DNA from: Octopus vulgaris | Lineage: Eukaryota | Reading direction: 5' to 3' | DNA: 64,000 nucleotides | Assembly (NCBI GenBank): GCA_951406725.2 | Contig: OX597826.1 | Span: 47,988,001 to 48,052,000 of the forward strand | Shown here: positions 15,030-30,194 of the stretch, piece after piece | Layout of the letters: every line of letters starts with the position of its first letter | Numbering within the stretch: position 1 is the stretch's first letter | Translations under genes and position numbers: made by a program | Notes under the pieces: model-generated | The model's input: the letters and a program-made list of their open reading frames with translations, nothing else | Database searches by the model: none | What the model was told of the DNA's origin: nothing

Positions 15030-15276
15030 AGAAACACGCATTGAGTCGAAACAGGGGCAGCTGATGAAGGGGAATATTCCTTGTATTGCTTGTCCTGTAC
15101 TCTGTTTTTTCGTAGTTAAAAAAAGTCCGTTTCCTTGTTTGATTTTATGTTTTCGTTTCTCGTTGTGTTTTTCGTTTATTTGTGGTGTCCTGTACTCATA
15201 TATGCATGTATATATACATATAGATGTAGGTATGTACATATATGTATGTATGCATATGTTTTATTTATTAAATTGT

Positions 15277-15345
<69 letters not shown>

Positions 15346-15377
15346 ATTATTAAGATGGCTATAAATACTTAATTTTT

Positions 15378-15909
15378 CGACCCCGAATGGATAAAGGATA
15401 AACACGACCTCGGCGGAATTTGAACTCAGAACGTAGCGACGGGCGAAAGACTGCTAAGCATTTCGTTCAGAGTGCTAACGATTCTGCCAGTTCACCGCCT
15501 TTATAATGATAATAACAAGGATAATTCTTTCTATTATAAGCACAAGGCCTGACATTTTTGTGGAGGAGGGATAGCCAATTACATCGACAACACTGCTCAA
15601 CTGGTACTTATTTTATCGACCCCGAAAGGATAAAAGGCAAAGTTGACTTCAGAAGAGTTTGAACTCAGAACATAAAGATGGACGAAACGCCGCTACATAT
15701 CCTGCTAGCACGCCGCCTTACGGTAGGAACAATTATAATCATTAAAAAAAAATTCTTTCTTCTATAGAAAAAATACCTGGAATTTGTGGGGAGGTGTATC
15801 GTGGGTTACATCGACCCCGGTGGAAATTGAGCTCAGATGGTAAAAACACACGAATTGCCGCTAAGTATTTTGACCAACATGCTAACAATTCTGCCAGCTA
15901 GACGCCTTA

Positions 15910-15954
<45 letters not shown>

Positions 15955-17085
15955 CCTTTCTACTATAGGCACAAGGCCTGAAATTTGTGGGAAACGCAAA
16001 GTCGATCACATCGACCCAAGTGTTTCACTGCTATTAAATTTATCGACCCCGAAATGACGAATGGGAAAGTCGACCTCGACAGAATTTGAACTCACAGCGT
16101 AAAGACGGGCGAAATACCTATTTCTTTACTACCCACAAGGGGCTAAACACAGAGAGGACAAACAAGGATAGACAAACGGATTAAGTCGATTATATTGACC
16201 CCAGTGCGTAAATGGTACTTATTTAATCGACCCCGAAAGGATGAAAGGCAAAGTCGGCCTCGGCAGAATTTGAACTCAGAACGTAACGGCAGACGAAATA
16301 CCGCTAAGCATTTCGCCCGGCGTGCTAACGTTTCTGCCAGCTCGCCGCCTTGAATGACAATAATAATAATCCTTTCAACTATAGGCACAAGGCCTGAAAT
16401 TTGGGGGAGGGGTACTTATTTTATCCTTTTTTTTTTCTCTACTCTAGGCTCAAGGCCCGAAATTTTGGGTGAGGGATCCAGTCGATTAGATCAACCCCAG
16501 TACGCAATTGGTACTTAATTTATCGAGCCCGAAAGGATGAAAGGCAAAGTCGGCCTCGGCGGAATTTGAACTCAGAACGTAGACGGACGAAATGTCGCTA
16601 AGCATTTCGCCCGACGTGATAACGATTCTGCCAGCTCGCCGCCTTAAATGATTATAAGAATGGTTTAAAATTTTGTAGTTTTGAAGGGAAGAGTAAATCA
16701 AAACCGTTACCTTCTTTTGACCTTGAAATGACGACCTTGATGGGAATTCAAATCAGAATGCAAATATCCGGAAAACAATGTGGTAAGGGACTGTTCCAGT
16801 TAAATAATTGCTTCTGATTTTGGCACAAGGCCAACAATGTTGAGAGGAGGGAACTAGTCAATATTCTGATATTTATTGATCCTAAAAGGATTAAAAGTAA
16901 AGCTCATTTTGGCAATATTTGAACTTAGAATGTAAAGAATCTAAACTAATGTTATTTTCTGTTCTAGGCACAAGGCCCGAAATTTTATGGGAGGGAGCCA
17001 GTCGATTAGATCGACCCCAGTGCACAACTGGTACTTAATTTATCGACCCCGAAAGGATGAAAGGCAAAGTCGATCTCGACAAGAA
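15378..17085 (-). mobile_element. Cluster of ~8-9 same-orientation SINE B copies separated by AAT-rich linkers
   Basis: Repeated ggcacaaggcc...gaccccgaaaggatgaaaggcaaagtcg...tttgaactcagaa...ctgccagctcgccgcc blocks of varying divergence. Confidence 0.85.
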
Positions 17086-17234
17086 TCAGAACAAATAGTG
17101 ATAGGTATTTTCCCGCTGCTCTAACGATTCCGCTGGCTCTCTAGTAAGTCCTATGGCTTACTGAGGCTGCCTCTTCCTCAGGTTCCCTCAACATTTAGAG
17201 ATTGACGCTTCTTTGTGCAGCTGTCCATCCTCCT

Positions 17235-17279
<45 letters not shown>

Positions 17280-17440
17280 ACAGACTTCTTTCAGTTTCCG
17301 TCAACCAAATCCACTCATAAACCTTTGGTTGGCTCGAGACTATGATAGAAGACACTTGCTCATGGTGCCATACAATGGGACTGAACCCAGAACCATGTGG
17401 TTGGAAAGCAAACTTCTTACCATACAGTTACCCTTGCACC
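17280..17440 (-). mobile_element. SINE family A 5' half
   Basis: cttctttcagtttccg...gggactgaaccc...cttaccatacag. Confidence 0.75.
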
Positions 17441-17619
17441 TATTTCAATATTTTATGAACCCCAAAAGGATGAAATGCAAAGTAAAAAATGGAAGACTAT
17501 AGACTAAGAATATGAAGGGGCAAAACAAATATTACAAAGAATTTGTCCATTTGTCCAGAGAACTAACGATTCTGCTAGATTAGGCTGCTACTTTTCAGCA
17601 AATTAATAATGAAAAAATA

Positions 17620-18553
17620 CGGTAATACCTCACTTTACGAGTATCCGCTTACAAGACCCCAGTTTTACGAGTTTTATTTTTCACGCGCAAGATTCAAATT
17701 TTAAATGAAGAGCAAAAGTTACTACTACCATAACGAATGCTTCTAGGTGTTACCGAGAAATTTATAGAGTGCAAAAAGCTTCTTCTAAGCAAACAACTCT
17801 AAACTAGGTTTTCAAAAAGAAATCTACGAATCCGTCTACAAGTGCTTGTGAATTGGCGATTGCGTCTACAAGTGATGGTTTGCATGAGTCTAGTGCAAAT
17901 GAAAGTGATTCAGAAAACGAATATGATTATCAATTTTTTTTTTATTATAGATGACCTTGACATTCTTTTTACTATTTTACTTGTTACAATTATTTGACTG
18001 TGGTCATGCTGGAGCACCGCCTTTAGTCGAGTAAATCGACCCCAGGACTTATTCTTTGTAAGCCTAGTACTTATTCTATCGTTCTGTTTTGCCGAGCCGC
18101 TAAGTTACAGGGACGTAAACACATCAGCATCGGTTGTCAAGCGATGTTGGGGGGACAAACACATACATACACACATACGACGGGTTTCTTTCAGTTTCCG
18201 TCTACCAAATCCACTCACAAGACTTTGGTCGGCCCGAGGCTATAGTAGAAGACACTTGCCCAAGGTGCCATGCAGTGGGACTGAACCCGGAACCATGTGG
18301 TTGGTAAGCAAACTACTTACCACACAGCCACTCCTATGCCTTTTTATTTTACAAAAATATTGTTTATATTCTACTGTTGCTTTATTGCCATTTATTTACA
18401 GGTGTTATAAATTTGTAAAGGTAAAATATTTTTCTGGGAACGAATTACGATTTATAACATTGCTACTATAGGAAATTATTGCTCTGCTTTATGAGTTTTC
18501 GTTTTACAAGCAGTCTCCAGGAACAAATTATCTTGTATATCAAAGCATTACTG
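17620..18553. mobile_element. Tigger/pogo-like non-autonomous DNA element interrupted by a SINE A
   Basis: TA-flanked imperfect TIRs cggtaatacctcactttacgag ... cttgtatatcaaagcattactg; subterminal ttacgag repeats. Confidence 0.45.
17975..18340 (-). mobile_element. SINE family A
   Basis: Family homology. Confidence 0.88.
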
Positions 18554-19123
18554 TAATTATTTTATCAAAACCAGCCAAATTGTTGATCGTTTCCAAAAAT
18601 TAATCAAAACACCTAACCATTATTCTGGAATTCAGTGACTAAAGGTTTTAATTCTAGTAGCAAACCCAAAACTGACATATTTTCATCCAACTGTCTGCTA
18701 GTAGTTTAATGAGATTACCATTGTGACTTTCAGAAGAATCAAATAAAGGAATAACTATATTAGTATATAAATGAAAAATGCAATAATAATATGAATTATT
18801 GCTTTCAGAAAATTTGAAAATCATTTTCTTTTTTCAAATTTAATAAAACAAATTATTTTGGCATTTTGTCAACACAGATATATTTCTGTGATGAAATTTT
18901 TGTTATATTTGCAAAAAAGAAAAGAAAAAAATGTTATTGTGTGGTTTACTCACCCTCTCTCTCCCACTTGTTCTCTCTCTTCCTTCCACTCTTTGTCTTT
19001 TTAGAAACGTATGCGTGTCGATGTATATATATATATATGTATATATAATGAATATATATATGAATAAATAATACACATGTGTACATATGTATGTGTGTAT
19101 ATATGTGTGATGATATATATATA

Positions 19124-19176
<53 letters not shown>

Positions 19177-19225
19177 ATATGTATGTATATATGTATGTGT
19201 ATATATATATAATATGCGTATATAC

Positions 19226-19259
<34 letters not shown>

Positions 19260-19539
19260 GGTTTGTATATCTATGAATGTATGTATTTTGAAAGTACAAA
19301 TGGAATGAAATATATGACAAAATGAAAGGAAGTTTTAAGCACGTGTACATCAGTGTATGCGTGTGTGTGTGAATGTGTGTGAATATGTTAACACGTGTGA
19401 GAAAGAGAGGGGGGGTGCTTTTGTTGTAGTCATTATTGTTGTTGTGAGGTAAGTTTAGTTTCAAAGTAATTTTTTCTTTATATTCAGTCCATTATAAAAA
19501 AAATGTTGATCACTAATAAATATATTACATTTATGTATG

Positions 19540-20090
<551 letters not shown>

Positions 20091-20888
20091 GTAGCAGTAT
20101 TGCCACAGTGTTACATTGACCTGTGCATTTGCATTGAATAATATGTTGATTTCATTTTAGCAAATAATAATAATAATGATATTATATGAAAAAATAAATA
20201 AAAAAAAACGAGACTACATAAAATAAAATAACAAATACAATAAAAAAAAGTCATTTGTTTTCATATTGGTAAGTATTCATGATCAACAGTAAATTTCTGT
20301 ATTGGTGTATGCGAGTGAAGCGATGTCTGTGAGTGTGTAGCTGTGCATGTTTTTCATTGTGTTATTCACGCACCACACATAGACACATACACCTAGGCAA
20401 ACACACATAGACTCTTTTATATATATACATATATATATATATGCTTTCACATTTATAATCACTAATATATATACTGCAAGAAAGAACAGACATGAATAAT
20501 ATACATATCTCATGATAAACAATTATATATATATATATATATACATACATATATGTGCGTGTATATATACGGAAATGAACTTCTATTGGTGCTGAAACTT
20601 AGTCTAAATTATGTTCCTACCAATGCGGGAAACAGCGAGTCAATGTAACTGCTTTTATAGAACTTAATTCAAAATCAGGATTAATCAAATGACTCTCTTT
20701 CTCTCTCTACCTCACTCTCTCACTCTCTCACAGAAACTCAGGCACACATACACACATCCATATATAAACAGTTACATATGTGTGTATGTGTACACAAAAA
20801 CGAAATATATATATATATATATATCAATATCAATATGAAAACTCGTGAAACAAATTTTAATGTCACCAGTATGTGTGTGTGTGTGTAC

Positions 20889-20921
<33 letters not shown>

Positions 20922-21990
20922 GGTGTAGGGATGAGGGGATGCATATATATATATATATATATATATGCATACATATACACTTATCTTACTTGCCTTGAAC
21001 ATTGAAAGAAATATATGGTCACGATGTCCTCATACCTACAAATGCATACGCATTTTTTTTTGTATTTATGCGTCCATATACATACACACACACGTGTGTA
21101 TATATATATATCTATAAATGTATATGTATATGTATACATGTACATATATAAATATATACACACACATACACACATATATATATGTACTGACATAGAAATA
21201 TACATACCTATAAAAGCATATGTCTATGTATATAAATATATTAAAAAAATAACAATAAATGAAACATCAACCAGAACAACAACAACAACAATAAAAGAAC
21301 ATGAATCTTCCAGCCATCCGCCAGTTTCTAGTTCATTTTCCATTTAACTTTGACTTGTTTCATTTCGCAATAGTAAATAATAACACCACACATGCACAAA
21401 TACACACACACACACACACTCTGACTTGCACATACACACATGCTTGCATACATATGCTTATGCACTCACACTCACATATCCACGTATATACACACTCATA
21501 CACACATTAAAAACTAAAAATAATAAAGTGAGTCAGAAAATACACTAAACACACATATTTTACACAATATAACACTGTGACCACATCAACAATAAAATAG
21601 CTGAAAATAATAATGTTGTTTGAGTCTTTAGTTGTATTCAACTCATTCCAAATTTCAGACAAAGCATGTTTATTTTTTCTTCATTCTGGCTATTTTTTAT
21701 TGTTATTTTCCGCTTGCTGTTGTTGTTGTTGTTTTAGTGAAATATTATTTGTTTATTTTTCTCTAGTTATTTTTGTTCTTTGGGCCAAGTTTTTTTTTTT
21801 TTACTGTGTGTCTGAAAGATAAAGGAATGATTTTTTTTATTTCATTATTAAAAATATAATAAGAGTTCAAAGCTGTAATATGCAGTTTGGTTTGTACAAT
21901 ATTTTACATATATAAATCTTTCTCTATCTCATATACATACATACATACACATACATACATACATACATATATGTGTGTATGCATGTCTAT

Positions 21991-22026
<36 letters not shown>

Positions 22027-22186
22027 CTGTATATCTATATCTATTTATATCTAAATATAAAATATATATATACACATATACTTATATATACATATATATA
22101 AGCATATATATAAATACATATACATACACACATACTTATATATATTTATAAGCATATATATAAATACGTATATATATACACACATT

Positions 22187-22244
<58 letters not shown>

Positions 22245-22251
22245 TATTTGC

Positions 22252-22303
<52 letters not shown>

Positions 22304-22631
22304 ATATATGTGTTGATATGTGAATTCATGTATGCAAATTCATCTAGATAGATATGTATAATACTTTGTGCATTGAGAAGTATTGTGTATTGTATTTTAT
22401 AATAAACATTTCTAATTATCTATATACATACATACATATATATATGTATATACAGACACACACATATATATATACATGTACACATGATTATGTGCATGTA
22501 TGTTTGTCTGTATGTATATTACATGCTTATAAGTGCCAAATTGTTTGTGCATAGATTTGTATGTTAATATATTGTTGCTTCTAGTGCTATACCTACATCC
22601 ATCCATCCATACATACACACAGATACACATA

Positions 22632-22698
<67 letters not shown>

Positions 22699-23037
22699 TT
22701 ATATATAGAGAGAGAGGGGAGGACAGAGAGAATGTGATGGATGCATGAATGTAAATAAATCTAATTATGTATTTCACATATATATATATATATATATATG
22801 TGTGTATATATACATATGTTCCTCTAACTACATAGAGGTATGGTTTTGGAATAATCACGTATGTAATGTTGCCAATAATTTTCCCCTCTCATGCTGATGT
22901 AAAAATTAACATACTTTCATTTAAATACACATACATATATACCTCTTTTATATATACACATGCTTATATTTATTTTTATATGCACATGTACATATACATA
23001 AGTATGTGTATGTGTGCACGCATATGTGTGTGTGTGC

Positions 23038-23075
<38 letters not shown>

Positions 23076-23570
23076 TTACATGCATATGTATGTATATATG
23101 TATGTATATTTGCATGCATATGTATGTATATAATAAACTGACTGAAAAGGATACAAAAGCTCTTTGTTATTCTTTAAACTGTGACCGAAAACAAAAATAT
23201 ATAAATCAACAAGAACATTAACAACAGCAACAGCATATTTCAACACCCACAAGCCAAACAATATCATCTTCTTCTTCACCATCGCCATCACAGAAAGAGA
23301 GTAAAATCAACACCAACAACAGCAACAAAAAAAAAAAATAGGCAAAATAACAGCGTTTCTACTGGCAAGGGTGTAATACCATGTTATTTTTTTTTTGCTT
23401 TGTTTTTCTTTTGCCATTCTGTTTCTCTCTTTTTTTTTTTATTCTTGCATTTTTACCATTCTTTTCTTCTTGTTCCTGTTTGTATATTTGTTACCTACTG
23501 ATTTCCTGGTATGTATTTAAAAAACCAAAATTTGTAGTTAGAGAGAAAATTATCAATATACATACATACA

Positions 23571-23615
<45 letters not shown>

Positions 23616-23675
23616 GTAAGTATATTTATATATGTATATAAACGTAAGTATATTTATATATGTATATAAACGTAA

Positions 23676-23720
<45 letters not shown>

Positions 23721-24313
23721 AATATATATATATATATATATATGTATCTATGTATAAGTTTATAAGCACATTTTGTTTTTCATGGAACAAAGCAAGAAAT
23801 TGCTCTAAGTTGAAGTGTAAAAGGACCAGTTGTAGAAGGGAAAAAAGAAAAAAATCAAAAAACTACAGTAAAAAAAAGAAACAAAATTGAATTGTGTCAT
23901 GGCTGAAAACTAAGGGATAAGAGGTGGTACGGGGGTGGTGAATGAGGAAAGGAGACGTGGAGAAATATACTAAAATATGAAAATTGAAGTGAAAACAAGA
24001 ATACATAGCGGTGTGAGGAAATGGTGGGGAACATTAAATATAATATATGAAAAAGAATTGAATGTAATTCTGAGAGAATGGCTGAGGAAACAAAACAGAA
24101 ATAAAAAAAGAATAAAGTGAGAAAGAATGAAAATGAAATACATAAAACTGCTAGCATATTGTAAATTAAAACAGAGTTATGAAATTGTATTTATGTGTTA
24201 GATTGTTCAATATATCAATATACATACATATATACATATGTATGTGTGTATATTTTTATATAGAAAGACATGTGAGTATATTATTATATAGAAAGACATT
24301 TATGCATGTGTGT

Positions 24314-24355
<42 letters not shown>

Positions 24356-24568
24356 ATGTGTGTGTGTGCACGTGTGTGTAGTGTAGTGTAGCAGGTCTGT
24401 GTAGAGTGGTAGCTCACAGCACAGTGACTCCTGGCTACCTACACTCTAACACAGGAATTTTGAAAAACTTCCAAGTGCAGTGGTACCAGAACTCCAGGTA
24501 CCTCACAGGTAAAACCAGTGTGTAAGTATTTGAAAAATAATGTATAAGATACATAAGAAGGCAAACAA

Positions 24569-25378
24569 TGAATTTATCACAAATATAAGACTTGTCACAA
24601 TTGTTTCTCTACCACCCTGTTTCTAACCCCATTGCATGTAAATGATTCTGTGTCAACTCAACCACACATATTACATAACTTTTCACATGGAATCATTCCC
24701 ATGCAATGCAGTAAGAAACAGATTGGTAGTGAATCAGTTGAAACAAATATTAAAGTAGCACTAATTTCATTCTTCATCACCTTACTAATATATATTTTGG
24801 CGTAGGAGTGGCTGTATGGTAAGTAGCTTGCTTACCAACCACATGGTTTCAGGTTCAGTCCCACTGTGTGGCACCTTGGGCAAGTGCCTTTTACTATAAT
24901 CTCGAGCCTTATGAGTGGATTTGGTAGATGGAAACTGAAAGAAGCCTGTCACATATATATGAATTTATCACAAATATAAGACTTGTCACAATTGTTTCTG
25001 TACCACCCTGTTTCTAACCCCACTGCATGTAAATGATTCTGTGTCAACTCAACCACACATATTGCATAACTTTTCCCATGGAATCATTCCCATGCAATGC
25101 AGTAAGAAACAGATTGGTAGTGAATCAGTTGAAACAAATATTAAAGTAGCACTAATTTCATTCTTCATTACCTTACTAATATATATATATATATATATAT
25201 ATACATAGGCATAGGAGTGGCTGTGTTGTAAGTAGCTTGCTTATGAACCACATGGTTCCAGGTTCAGTCCCACTGCATGGCACCTTGGGCAAGTGTCTTT
25301 TACTATAGCCTCAAGTCAACCAAAGCCTTGTGAGTGGATTTAGTTGACGGAAACTGAAAGAAGCCCATCACATATATG
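24569..25378 (+). repeat. Tandem duplication, 391-bp offset, of a ~225-bp unique foldback segment plus a SINE A head
   Basis: tgaatttatcacaaatataagac...ccttactaatatatat at ~24569-24795 and ~24960-25186 with ~5 substitutions, each followed by a SINE A head. Confidence 0.9.
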
Positions 25379-25630
25379 TATGTATATATATATATATATA
25401 TATATAATGTGTGTGTGTGTGTGTGTGTATGTTTGTTTGTCCCCTCCAACATCGCTTGACAACTGATGCTGGTGTGTTTACGTCACCATAACTTAGCGGT
25501 TCAGCATATGAAACTGATAGAAGTACTGGGCTTACAAAGAATAAGTCCGGGGGTCGATTTGCTCGACTAAAGGCGGTGCTCCAGCATGGCCACAGTCAAA
25601 TGACTGAAACAAGTAAAAGAGTAAAGAGTA
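25208..25630 (+). mobile_element. SINE family A, full length
   Basis: Family homology. Confidence 0.88.
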
Positions 25631-26637
25631 TTTGGTCATCCCATAAATAATGCAGTTTTTTTATGCTTTTTTATTTTTCAAAATTAAGATAAACAAATTC
25701 TTTTTTAATCTAAAATGTACTATAGATGTTCTTCCATCTATCTTGTAAACTTATAAAGCTCCTCTTCCAAAATTCACTTGTCCGTGACAAAAAAATACTA
25801 CTCCAGTATTGTCTTGCCCTCATCTACAGAATTCATATTTTTTTCTTTCAAAATGATTTGAAGACTGAAAAATAAATGATTATGCAATAGGGCGAATATG
25901 ATGGGTGGGGATATTGTTTCTCATTCAAACTGGTCCAGTCTTTGGAATGTCATTCTCGCTGTATGTGGCTGAGCATTATTCTGATTGAAAAACACCTTTC
26001 ATCTTGAAACTAAAGAAGGTCATTTTTCTTCTAGCACTGACTTAAGCTACTCAAGCTGTTCACAGTAGATCTCCTTTGTTATCATTTGGTTTGGGTTTAA
26101 AAGTTCAAAGTGGACTAAGCCTTTTATATCCCACCAAATAAATAGCAACACCTTGCGTGGGTGAAGACCTTTTTAGCCTGGGGTGCTGGTGTTTCTCCTT
26201 TCCGTAGCCACTGTTTTCAACACTTGACATTTTTATACAAAACCTTTTGTTGAGCTCTACAGATCTTCCAGGGTGAGGCTCATCTTCTAGGCTGTAGTTT
26301 CTGGCTTGGAATTTCTGGAACCACCATTGACACTGGCTTATGCTTATTGTCTGATCCCCATTTACTGCCTTAACATTGCTCACACTTTCCATTGCATTGT
26401 CGCCTTTATTTAATTCATAATGCAAAATATGCCAAATATGCTCCTTTGTCACTTCCATTCTAGCTCTGAGGAAATAACAGTTAAAATCGGACCATACTCT
26501 TAAAAACTAAGAATAAGGACAAGATAAAATTACTACTTCCTTTTAAAGAAAGTTGATGCAGGTAGTTTATCCTGTCCCCCTCTGACTTTTAGTGCATGCA
26601 ATTGAAAAAAAATCATATTATTTATGAGATGACCCAA
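25631..26637 (-). mobile_element. Decayed mariner transposon with both TIRs
   Basis: TIRs tttggtcatcccataaataatg / catattatttatgagatgacccaa flanked by TA; ORF 26105-26458 encodes a mariner HTH (HILHYELNKG...QCQWWFQKFQARNYSLEDEPHPGRS). Confidence 0.85.
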
Positions 26638-27044
26638 TATATATATATATATATATATATATTGATATTAATCTCAGGGAAGTTATTTCCGAGTCCACAG
26701 GGGAGATAAGTTCAATATAGTGGTACAAAAATGAATTACTCACTATATTATATACATATATATAGATAGGTTTAAGAGACAGAATTACCCTCAAGCAACT
26801 CAATCATCATTGAATGATATTATCCATGATACATACATATAGGACTAAATATTAAAATTATCAAAATTAATACCTACAATTATTATTCCAAATTATCAAA
26901 ATTAATACCTTCAATTCTTATTTCAAATCATATACTTTAATTATATAGACTACGTAGCTCTCATTGTAGTCGATATATACTCACAAATAAAGAATATCTA
27001 TCCCCCAATGCAGTGTTGAGCACTCATTCTTGCCATTTGATATT

Positions 27045-27076
<32 letters not shown>

Positions 27077-27127
27077 CATGCATGTGTGTGTATGTGTGTG
27101 TTTGCATGTATTGCATATGTAAATTAA

Positions 27128-27169
<42 letters not shown>

Positions 27170-27189
27170 CATGCTGATTTTTGATACAT

Positions 27190-27450
27190 GGGCCTCGTGC
27201 CGGTGGCACATAAAAAGCACCATCCGTTCATGGCCACTTGCCAGCTCTGTCTGGCACCTGTGCGGGTGGCACGTAAAAAGCACCCACTACATTCACGGAG
27301 TGGTTGACGTTAGGAAGGGCATCCAGCCGTAGAAACACTGCCAGATCTGACTGGGCCTGATGAAGCCTTCTGGCTTCACAGACCCCAGTTGAACCGTCCA
27401 ACCCATGCTAGCATGGAAAACGGACGCTAAACGATGATGATGATGATGAT
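27190..27450 (+). mobile_element. SINE/non-autonomous retroelement family D, 3' part with (GAT)n tail
   Basis: Reverse complement of 49158-49615; ends gaaaacggacgctaaacgatgatgatg. Confidence 0.75.
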
Positions 27451-29225
27451 GAGTATTCAAGAATTCCTGCCTGGCTATGCTACTATTTATTTGATTGAAA
27501 TTTTGAAAGCATATTGCATATGCACAAAACAATGATTACACAAGTATTTGCATGTACACTACCCACTTTTCTCCATGAAGTGTACAACTGCTCCTTATTT
27601 CTACTTATACTTTTCTTCTCCCCTTTTCCCCCATCCAGAAATTAAATCCCCTCCCTCAAGCTAATTCCTATTGATATTCATCCCTCATTCTTTCCATTTT
27701 CACTCCCTTATACTCATATTTACTATTATTTTTGCATCCGCACATCCCATCTCTGTTCTAACCAACTTTTGCTTGCCCTACACCCTCTTGCAGTTCTAAT
27801 CATAGGCATCATTTCCCTATTACTCATTCTTGAATCACTCTCCTGTCTACTGTGTTATTCTGTTGCCGTACATAAGGAAATTACAACCTGTCGCTACAAA
27901 TTATTTCATGGTTTTGCAACCATCAGGTTTCAGTTTTAATCCCAATACTTGTCAGCTTGACCAAATGACATTTTCTATAGCCTCAGGTCAAATCCTACCT
28001 TATGAAGGAAACTGGAACGATGTATGTCATATTGAAGCCTGTTTTAATAAATTGTACATGTAATTCAAAGATACAGCCATGTCACACACGGAGTTGTGCT
28101 AGTTCTGTCAGAGAATTATGCTAAGTGTACATGCATCTGTGGAATACTCAGCTACCTTATGCAAATTTAGCAAACAAGTAATTAAGTTGATTTAATAACT
28201 GAATTTACATCATTAAAACAGACAAAAAAAAAGCATTTGTGAGTGTGCATGCGTGTGTGTGTGTGTTTGTGTTTTATCTTTTACTTGTTTCAGTCATTGG
28301 GCTGCAACCATATGGTTGGGAAGCAAGCTTCTTACCACACAGCTATACCTGTGTCTATGAGCAAAACTTAGAAAGAGACACAAGGGGCAAGAGTTTTGTG
28401 TACTGCTTGATACATATGAAAAGGTCCATGCACGAAACTCTCAGTGCTGAATTAGTCTGTGACTTTCTGTGGCATATAATAAGCAATTCAGACGTTCCCC
28501 TGGATAGGGTTCCAATCCATCCCAAAGTTAACTCTCAGTGTCTGTTGGTATGTATTTCAGTATAGTAAGACTGAAACAGTTTGGAACAATATAACTTGTT
28601 TGAGGAAAGAATACAGCTCCCCAGTTTGCCAGTCAAGAAACTGCACACTGACCTTACAATCACAAGAAGTACACACTAACAACCAAGTCAGGTTTAACTA
28701 CGTTAAATACAAAGAAATAATTAGAAATATTTATGAGGTGAGGAAGTACAGAACACACGAGAGAAGGAGATGTGAGAGAGATGTTAGAGGCAGAGAAAGA
28801 GATTCGAAATAATAAAGAGTAAAAACCATGATAAAGGAAAACCAATTATATTGTACAGAAAGAGCAGAAGTGAGTTAAGGGCATGCTTGTAGCTTTGCAA
28901 ATATTTTAGACTAAGAATTACTGAAGGCTGGGAGAAGAACTAAAGAATATGTGTCAACAGCATTGAATGAAATGTTCATCCCAGCTGGCTCTGACTTTTT
29001 GCTGTTGCTAAATAAATATGATTTAGTTTATCTAATATTATCTTCTTGATAATTTGGAAATGTTATCTTTGAAAGCCACAAATCCCTTCCATAGAAATAT
29101 TAATCTCTCCTCATACACTTAACATTAATGAAGCCAAAATCTGGAGCTAAGAACTGGTATTATGATTCCTCTGTATGTTTGTGCTGCTGTTTATCATATG
29201 CAAATAAATATACTTAAAACCCTAC

Positions 29226-29289
<64 letters not shown>

Positions 29290-29610
29290 CCACTTCTTTC
29301 TCTATTTCTCCCTCTTTCTCTTTCTTGCTCACAAATGCAAACATGCGCATGTATGTTGTGTGTGCATGTGTTTATGTATATATACATAGATACATACATT
29401 TATATATATGCACACACACATATGTCTGTGTATGTGTGTATATATGTGAGTGTGTGTGTAAATATATTAGCATGGAAAACGGACGTTAAATGAGGATGAT
29501 GATGATGATGATGATAATGATATATATATATGTCTGTCTATATATATATATATATATACACACATACAGAGACAGACAGATAGAATCACAGGCAGTTAGA
29601 TGGATGTTTG

Positions 29611-29651
<41 letters not shown>

Positions 29652-29658
29652 TATATAT

Positions 29659-29697
<39 letters not shown>

Positions 29698-29792
29698 ATC
29701 TTGACTACCGAGTATATATTGTATAAAATATGAGTGTGGATGCAAGTGTGTATTTATGTATTAGTGTGCGTGTGTGTGTGTATGTATGTATG

Positions 29793-29845
<53 letters not shown>

Positions 29846-30194
29846 AGGGAGAGAGGGGAGAGACAGACAGACAGGCTGACAGACAGAAGTGAATCAACTT
29901 CATTGAACCGCTACACTAAACATTAAGTACTTCACTTTGTCTAGTGTCATTGATCCTCGTTTCACAAGTTCTCCCTCCTTAGACAAATATATTTCTTCCT
30001 ATATTTATATTATATCCGATTTTGTGAACAATAACAACAATGATATTGCTGTCGGGGTTTCTACGGCCCAATCTGAGCTTCTTAGCATTCTGAGATTAAC
30101 AATGATGTATGTGTGTATCATTCAGATAGAAGTGATATTACAGAATAATTTTTTTATCTTAGCTTCACAACATCATAAGCGGAAAGTGTAACCT

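Noticed and set aside
15030-15100. GAAAC and CTGATGA motifs as a hammerhead
   Set aside because: Only 8 nt separate GAAAC from CTGATGA and no GAAA follows the putative stem II, so no valid topology.
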